Source of the DNA: Thermodesulfobacteriota bacterium
GTDB taxonomy: Bacteria > Desulfobacterota > Desulfarculia > JACQYL01
NCBI GenBank assembly: GCA_963675595.2
Contig: CAXXLZ010000002.1
Coordinates: 3,712,001 to 3,776,000, forward strand
Direction: 5' to 3'
Length of the DNA: 64,000 nt
How positions within the stretch are numbered: the stretch's first letter is position 1; the number at the start of each line of letters is the position of its first letter. The position numbers and the translations under genes were made by a program. Positions 57,912-64,000 of this stretch are shown in pieces. Below the pieces are notes generated by a model. The model was not told where the DNA came from, did not search any database, and saw nothing but the letters and a program-made list of their open reading frames with translations.

Positions 57912-58891
57912 TCGGCCACGGACGCCAACTGGATTTATTGCGTCGTGCCATCCGAAACGACGCCCTGCATCACGGCCTGCTGATTACCGGAATTCCCGGA
58001 GTGGGCAAGCGGACGCTGGCGAGGGCCGTGGCTTGCGCTCTGCTTTGTGAAGGCCGAACCGGGGATGCCTGCCTGACGTGCGCCGCTTGTCGCCGCATGG
58101 AGCGGGGAGTACATCCCGATGTCGTTGAAGTGGTGCCGGAAGGCAAGTTTATCAAAATCGAACAGATCAGGGAGGTCCGCAAGACCCTGCTGTTCTCTCC
58201 GGTGCTTGGACCGCATCGAGTGATTTTGATTCTCGAAGCGCAACGGATGAACCTGGACGCCGGCAACGCTTTGCTCAAGAGTCTCGAAGAACCCCCCGAA
58301 GGAAATTTTTTCATTCTCACGGCACCCGACGAAAGGGCTCTTCTACCGACCATTGTCTCCAGATGCCGGCGCATCGAGCTCAATCCGCTTCCCCTGCGGC
58401 TGCTGCTGGATGTCCTGATCAACCGGGAAGGTGTGCCGAGAGATTCGGCGTCGGTGATTGCGGCAACATCCGGAGGGAGCCTCGGGAGAGCCTTGGAATC
58501 GGTCCCGAACGAAGAAAAAAAGGACGCCGGCATCGTCGCTGTGGGAGAAAGAATTTCGGCTGAGTTGCAGGGATTGAGGGAAAGTGATATTAAAATAATT
58601 TTGTCCATTGCAAAGCGTTGGAGCGAGCTTCCTGAAGAAGAGGAGCGGCTTCTGGATTTGGTTCGGTCCCGACTGAGGCAGCGGCTGCTTGACGGGAAAG
58701 CCGGGCAGATGGGAACGGGCGGCTCCTCAAGGGAAGAGGCCTGCGAAGACCTCCCCTTGCGGCCTGTGGACGCTCGGGAAGTCTTTATGCAGTTGGAGGC
58801 CGTTCAGGAAGCATCAAAGGCATTCAGGAAGAACGCCAACAAACGCTTGGTATGGGAAATCCTGCTGTTGCGTTTGGCGGGACACGGTTAA
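57893..58891 (+). CDS. holB: DNA polymerase III delta' subunit
   Basis: GVGK, zinc motif C..C..C, HPD, NALLKSLEEP and TIVSRC; tmk-holB synteny. Confidence 0.93.
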   Translation: MAFEQVIGHGRQLDLLRRAIRNDALHHGLLITGIPGVGKRTLARAVACALLCEGRTGDACLTCAACRRMERGVHPDVVEVVPEGKFIKIEQIREVRKTLLFSPVLGPHRVILILEAQRMNLDAGNALLKSLEEPPEGNFFILTAPDERALLPTIVSRCRRIELNPLPLRLLLDVLINREGVPRDSASVIAATSGGSLGRALESVPNEEKKDAGIVAVGERISAELQGLRESDIKIILSIAKRWSELPEEEERLLDLVRSRLRQRLLDGKAGQMGTGGSSREEACEDLPLRPVDAREVFMQLEAVQEASKAFRKNANKRLVWEILLLRLAGHG

Positions 58892-58905
58892 AGGGATTCC
58901 GGCGC

Positions 58906-59751
58906 ATGGCAAAAGTGGTGGGAGTGCGTTTTCGCCCCTATGGAAAGACCTACAATTTCGACAGCGGTCACTTCGTTCTGAACATCAGGGACAGAGTGAT
59001 GGTGAAAACCGACATGGGCATGAGTCTCGGAATGGTGGTGAGACCGCCGAAGGCCGTGGAAGAGGATCAGCTTCCCAATGAGCTCAAACCGGTTTATCGC
59101 CTGGCCACGGAGGAAGACATCCAGCGTCACGAGAGGAATTGCGAAGTCGAGCGGGAGGCTCATGCCTTCTGTCAGGAGTGCATACGCAATCGTAAGCTGG
59201 ATATGAACCTCGTCATGGTGGAAATGCTGTTCGATAATTCGAAAATGATTTTTTACTTCACTGCGGAAGGGCGCATCGATTTCAGGGAAATCGTCAAAGA
59301 CCTTGTACAGAGATTTCGCACTCGCATTGAGATGCGGCAGATCGGTGTTCGCAACCAGACGAAGATGGTCGGCGGAATCGGAAGCTGCGGGAGAGAGCTC
59401 TGCTGTACCCTGTTCATCGATAAGTTCGAGCCCGTCTCCGTAAAAATGGCTAAAGAACAACAACTCTCTTTGAATCCCTCCAAGATCTCGGGTTTGTGCG
59501 GTAGACTCATGTGTTGTTTGTCTTATGAATACAGCCAATATGTGCAACTCCGCGAAGTCATGCCGAAGTGCGGTGAACGGGTCGAAACCAAGTGCTGCAA
59601 AGGCAAAGTGATTCGTCAGAACGTGCTGAGATCCACCGTCTCCGTGTTCGGAGACGACGGCAAGGAAGTGGAAGTGCCCCTGGCGGAGTTGCGGGAACCC
59701 GTCAAACCCTCGGGAGGGAAGAAGAAGCCTGATAAGGAATCTCGTTCATGA
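58906..59751 (+). CDS. ricT: PSP1/YaaT (RicT) family protein
   Basis: RIDFRE, RIEMRQIG, CGRELCC and SGLCGRLMCCL motifs. Confidence 0.92.
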   Translation: MAKVVGVRFRPYGKTYNFDSGHFVLNIRDRVMVKTDMGMSLGMVVRPPKAVEEDQLPNELKPVYRLATEEDIQRHERNCEVEREAHAFCQECIRNRKLDMNLVMVEMLFDNSKMIFYFTAEGRIDFREIVKDLVQRFRTRIEMRQIGVRNQTKMVGGIGSCGRELCCTLFIDKFEPVSVKMAKEQQLSLNPSKISGLCGRLMCCLSYEYSQYVQLREVMPKCGERVETKCCKGKVIRQNVLRSTVSVFGDDGKEVEVPLAELREPVKPSGGKKKPDKESRS

Positions 59752-61652
59752 CCAATACCTTCTATATTACGACTCCGATTTACTATGTAAATGCGGAACC
59801 GCACCTGGGACACGCCTATACTACCATTGTAGCCGACGTCCTGTATCGGTTCCACCAACTCATGGGACGGGATTCCTTTATGCTGACCGGAACGGACGAA
59901 CATGGAGACAAGATCGTCCGGGCGGCCGAAAAGGCCGGAGTGGATCCAAAGACTTATGTGGATCGCATCAGTGCGGAATTCAGGGACACGTGGCCTCAAC
60001 TTGGAATTTTTCCTTCGAAATTCATTCGCACCACGGATTCGGAACATATTGCCGTGGTTCAGAGCATTCTCCAAAAGGTTTATGAAAAAGGCGACATTTA
60101 CTTCGGCGAGTACGGAGGCATGTATTGCTTCGGCTGTGAACGCTTCATCACGGAACACGAGGCGGTAGACGGCAATTGCCCCATCCATCAGGCTCCGCTG
60201 GAGTATATCGCGGAGCAGAACTACTTCTTCAGAATGAGTAAGTACCAAGACTGGTTGGTCGAGCATATACGGCAACATCCCGAATTCATTCAGCCGGAAC
60301 GATACCGGAACGAAGCGTTGTCCATGCTCCGGGAGCCTCTTGAGGATTTGTGTATTTCTCGCCCCAAGTCCCGCCTCGACTGGGGAATTCCTCTGCCTTT
60401 CGATGATCGGTATGTGACTTATGTATGGTTCGACGCATTAATCAACTACATCAGTGCGTTGGGATATCCCGACGGAAAGGATTTCAAGAAGTTCTGGCCG
60501 TCGAGTCATCACCTGATCGCAAAGGACATCCTCAAACCACACGGCATCTATTGGCCCTGCATGTTGAAGTCGGCTGAAATACCACCGTATAAAAGCCTCA
60601 GCGTGCATGGATACTGGAATGTAGACGAAAGCAAAATGAGTAAATCCCTGGGCAACGTGCGGCGTCCCCTCGAACTCAAGGACGTGTACGGACTGGATGC
60701 TTTCCGATATTTCCTCATGCGGGAGATGGTCTTCGGCCTCGACGCCAACTTCAACGAGGAAGCCCTGGTGCAGAGGATCAATGCGGATTTGGCAAATGAC
60801 TTGGGAAACCTGTTCAGCCGAACCGCGGGTATGTTGGACAAATACTTTCAGGGCGTGGTTCCTGAGCCCGGCGAATTCGGTCCCGCAGAGATCGAATTGT
60901 CGAGAGAAGCGGAGCGGGTTCATATCGAATATGTTCGCAGCATGGAAGAGTTCGCTTTTCACAAGGCCTTGGGATCGGTCTGGGAACTGATCAATCACGC
61001 CAATCGGTACATTGATCGTGAAGCTCCCTGGGTCCTGTTCAAAGAAAATCGCATGGAGCGATTGGCCACGGTAATGGCTTCGGGATTCGGTGTGATCCAT
61101 GTGGTTGCCGGTCTGTTGGAGCCCTTTGTTCCGGACACCTCTGAAGAAATGCGTCTTCGCATGGGAATCGAAGACAAACCTACGAGGTCCCTGGAAGCCG
61201 CGGGACTGGATTTTGCCTCCATGATTCCGGTGGGCAAAGAGGTTCGGAAGTCTCATGCTCTGTTTCCCCGGGTAGAGAAACCCAAGACCGAGGCTCGCGT
61301 AGAAAAGGACAAGCCTCAAGTTCCATCCGGTCCCACCGTTTCGCTGAAGGAGTTTCGGAAAGCGGACTTACGAGTGGGCCAAATCCTGAAGGCCGAGCGG
61401 ATCAAAGGGGCGGACCGATTGCTGAAATTGATCGTGGATGCGGGAGGGGAACGAACCGTGGTTTCAGGAATCGCCGAACACTATGCGCCCGAAGCCCTCG
61501 TGGGGAAGCAGGTGATCCTGGTGGTCAACCTGGAACCCGCCACCATTTGCGGCGTTCAATCCCAGGGTATGATTCTTACATGTGAACACGGCAAGACATT
61601 GCTCTTGACCACGGTCGATGGGGAAGCTTCACCGGGTGATGCCGTGCTTTGA
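59748..61652 (+). CDS. metG: Methionine--tRNA ligase with C-terminal tRNA-binding domain
   Basis: TTPIYYVN, HLGH, YVWFDAL and KMSKS motifs plus a C-terminal OB domain. Confidence 0.97.
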   Translation: MTNTFYITTPIYYVNAEPHLGHAYTTIVADVLYRFHQLMGRDSFMLTGTDEHGDKIVRAAEKAGVDPKTYVDRISAEFRDTWPQLGIFPSKFIRTTDSEHIAVVQSILQKVYEKGDIYFGEYGGMYCFGCERFITEHEAVDGNCPIHQAPLEYIAEQNYFFRMSKYQDWLVEHIRQHPEFIQPERYRNEALSMLREPLEDLCISRPKSRLDWGIPLPFDDRYVTYVWFDALINYISALGYPDGKDFKKFWPSSHHLIAKDILKPHGIYWPCMLKSAEIPPYKSLSVHGYWNVDESKMSKSLGNVRRPLELKDVYGLDAFRYFLMREMVFGLDANFNEEALVQRINADLANDLGNLFSRTAGMLDKYFQGVVPEPGEFGPAEIELSREAERVHIEYVRSMEEFAFHKALGSVWELINHANRYIDREAPWVLFKENRMERLATVMASGFGVIHVVAGLLEPFVPDTSEEMRLRMGIEDKPTRSLEAAGLDFASMIPVGKEVRKSHALFPRVEKPKTEARVEKDKPQVPSGPTVSLKEFRKADLRVGQILKAERIKGADRLLKLIVDAGGERTVVSGIAEHYAPEALVGKQVILVVNLEPATICGVQSQGMILTCEHGKTLLLTTVDGEASPGDAVL

Positions 61653-61846
61653 CGATCTCAGGTAGGAGCGACGGTCCGTTACCGAACCGGAGCTTTTTCC
61701 CTCTCCGAGGCACATGGGTAAGAGAAACGCGGGATGTCTTCGCCGGTCAGTGGGGTGAGGTTCATCCCGTTTCGTTTTTTCGCGGATTGTGAGGATGCGA
61801 AACGGTCGTTGCGAAAACGCCGTCTTAGAGGTTGCGAGGTGGTCTT

Positions 61847-62590
61847 GTGAGTAATCGGGAAAAGCATAACGAAGAATGTGAGCAAGGGGGAGAACCCTTG
61901 AGCGTCCGGTCGGCCGGTTCCGGAGCGGAGGCCGAAGCTGGTGGGAAACGAACATGCGACCCCGAGATCGAGAGCGTGGGCATTGCGGATATACTGCATT
62001 CATTGGGCAACATACTCGGAACGGTAATTATGAACGCCGAATTGGGAATACTGGAAACGGCCCAAGAATCCGAGGGGCGGCGTTGCTTTGAGTCGATTCT
62101 CCAGGCGGGGCGCAAGGCGAGAGATTTGGTGGATCATTGCGGGACTTCCCGTCGGTGGAAAAGAACGAGAATGGAGCCGAGAGAAATGCAGTCGAAATGT
62201 GTTGTCGGCGCTCGGGTCTTGCTGGTGGACGACGAGGAATCTTTGAGGACTTTGTGGGGGAGAATGATCGAGAGTTTGGGGTGTTCCGTTATGCGGGCGG
62301 AAAACGCCGAATCGGCGCTGAAATGCTTTCGCTCGGATCCTGCGAGGGTGGACTTGGTGATCACGGACATGAACATGCCCGGGATTTCAGGTCTGGAATT
62401 GTCCGAACTCATTCACCGGGAGCGACCGGAGCTTCCAATTATGCTGAGCACGGGCTTTGAGAACGAGTGCGAGCCGGAAGAGCTTCAAGCGGCCGGAGTG
62501 AGGGTAATCCTGAAAAAGCCTTTGGAGCGGGGGGAACTGGCCATGGAAATCGAGAAGGTCTTTTCCTCGAGGCGCCTCCGATCCTCATGA
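61847..62590 (+). CDS. Response regulator: HisKA-like segment fused to a receiver domain (start uncertain)
   Basis: ILHSLGNILGTVIMNAEL, then VLLVDDE, DLVITDMNMP and KKP. Confidence 0.75.
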   Translation: MSNREKHNEECEQGGEPLSVRSAGSGAEAEAGGKRTCDPEIESVGIADILHSLGNILGTVIMNAELGILETAQESEGRRCFESILQAGRKARDLVDHCGTSRRWKRTRMEPREMQSKCVVGARVLLVDDEESLRTLWGRMIESLGCSVMRAENAESALKCFRSDPARVDLVITDMNMPGISGLELSELIHRERPELPIMLSTGFENECEPEELQAAGVRVILKKPLERGELAMEIEKVFSSRRLRSS

Positions 62591-62762
62591 ATAGGTAGGG
62601 TTGGTGGGAGATATCGTGCAATACGTCTCCGAATCAAGGGATGGAAGGGGGTTTTGGAACGATAGCCGGTAGAGGACACCAAAAAAGTCCTTGAATTGCC
62701 GGCAAGGGTTCTTCATAATTCAAAAGATTGAGGATGGAGTTTGCATGACATAAGGAGCGGGG

Positions 62763-64000
62763 GTGTCCAGAATCCTGATCGTGGATGACGATGAATTATT
62801 GAACCAGACTCTGTCTCGGGTCGTCAAACGTCTGGGGCACGAATCGGTGTCCGCTTTCAGTCTGGCGGAGGGAATCCGTACCGCCCGCACCGGTGACTTT
62901 GATGTAGTGTTTCTAGACGTCAGAATGCCCGACGGCAACGGCGTTGAATCTCTTCCCTCCTTTCGGGATCTACCCTCCAATCCTGAAGTGATTATCGTTA
63001 CCGCTTATGGAGAACCCGACGGAGCGAGGCTGGCCATTGAAAACGGCGCTTGGGATTATATCAGAAAACCGGGATCCATCGACGGGTTTACCCTCCCTTT
63101 GCTCCGGGCACTCCAGTATCGTGCCGAAAAGCAGACGGCACGATGCCCTGTTGTGCTCAAACGGGACGCCATTATAGGAAACAGCCCCAGGTTGAACGAG
63201 GCCCTGGAACGGCTGGCTCAGGCGTCCGCCTCCAATTCCAATGTATTGATCATCGGCGAGACGGGTACCGGAAAGGAACTGTTCGCCCGCAGCATTCACC
63301 AGAATAGTCGCAGAGCGGTGGGAAACTTTGTGGTTGTGGACTGTGCGGCCCTGCCGGAGAAGCTCGTGGAAGGGATTCTTTTCGGTCACGAAAAGGGCGC
63401 GTACACGGGTGCGGATCGGGCCAAGGAAGGCTTGATCCGGCAGGCGGACGGCGGAACGCTTTTTCTTGACGAAGTGGGGGAACTTCCCCTTCATGTGCAG
63501 AAGGCGTTTCTTCGGGTCCTGCAGGAGCGGAAGTTTCGGCCTCTGGGGGCGAAAAGAGAGGTTGAAAGCGATTTCCGATTGGTGGCCGCGACTCACCGAA
63601 ATCTGGACGACATGGTGAAAGGAGGGAGTTTCCGGGAGGACCTGCTTTTCCGTTTGCGCTCTTTTTCCATCGAACTCCCTCCATTGCGCGAACGAAAAGA
63701 GGACATCAGGGAATTGACCCTCTCCCAAACGGCTGGTTTGTGCGATTTGCTGGGCCTGGAGATGAAAGGCTTTTCCTCCGATTTTCTGGAGGTGCTCTCC
63801 GCCTACGACTGGCCCGGAAATGTGAGGGAGCTGTTCAACGCCCTTGAGGAAAGCGTTGCCACAGCTCACTTTGAACCCACTCTTTTTCCCGCACACCTTC
63901 CCACCCGTATTCGAGTCAAAGCGGCCCAAGCTCCCCTCAAAGAGCATCAGGCTTCCTCTTTCTGTGATCGATCCGTGGCGGCCGCCGACCGCGCACCGAG
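62763..64000 (+). CDS. Sigma54-dependent NtrC-family response regulator, 3'-truncated by the window edge
   Basis: AAGGAG RBS and GTG start; ILIVDDD, GETGTGKELFA, FGHEKGAYTGA, FLDEVGE and WPGNVREL motifs. Not in the ORF track because no stop is reached. Confidence 0.92.
   Translation, partial: MSRILIVDDDELLNQTLSRVVKRLGHESVSAFSLAEGIRTARTGDFDVVFLDVRMPDGNGVESLPSFRDLPSNPEVIIVTAYGEPDGARLAIENGAWDYIRKPGSIDGFTLPLLRALQYRAEKQTARCPVVLKRDAIIGNSPRLNEALERLAQASASNSNVLIIGETGTGKELFARSIHQNSRRAVGNFVVVDCAALPEKLVEGILFGHEKGAYTGADRAKEGLIRQADGGTLFLDEVGELPLHVQKAFLRVLQERKFRPLGAKREVESDFRLVAATHRNLDDMVKGGSFREDLLFRLRSFSIELPPLRERKEDIRELTLSQTAGLCDLLGLEMKGFSSDFLEVLSAYDWPGNVRELFNALEESVATAHFEPTLFPAHLPTRIRVKAAQAPLKEHQASSFCDRSVAAADRAP

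Noticed and set aside
1-64000. tRNA, rRNA, tmRNA, RNase P, SRP, integrase, reverse transcriptase or cas genes
   Set aside because: None were recognised by eye. A covariance-model or HMM scan would be needed to exclude divergent ones.

Overview
GC-rich window that looks like a Desulfobacterota (deltaproteobacterial) chromosome, judged from gene content. The left ~7.3 kb is an accessory or defence region. It holds an AT-rich metallophosphoesterase running off the window edge, a Dsr1-type SIR2 anti-phage gene and a BrnT/BrnA-type toxin-antitoxin remnant. The last two sit in two tandem units with the same layout: [~405-bp non-coding repeat]-[cargo]-[copy of the 3' tail of the neighbouring amidase gene]. 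Neither unit contains an integrase, and degenerate attC-like sites lie beside the cargo genes. This is the strongest candidate for an undescribed system. The rest is mostly core genome: amidase, hicB with a hicA remnant, thiolase/DUF35, DUF748, fadR-etfB-etfA with a FadR box, prmA-rsmE, a PtsN/PII-like/two-antiporter/CBS cluster, a MocA-YqeC fusion, a loop-less (CC-adding type) tRNA nucleotidyltransferase, a CBM48-based ECF sigma/anti-sigma operon split by a 1550-bp IS with an 8-bp target duplication, lptD, a BtuFCD-like ABC importer behind a structured ~200-nt leader, a porin-DUF4198-cbiMLQO Ni/Co uptake operon with a leader terminator, tmk-holB-ricT-metG and two response regulators. All alignments, counts and folds were done by eye, and family calls come from motif recognition rather than database searches.
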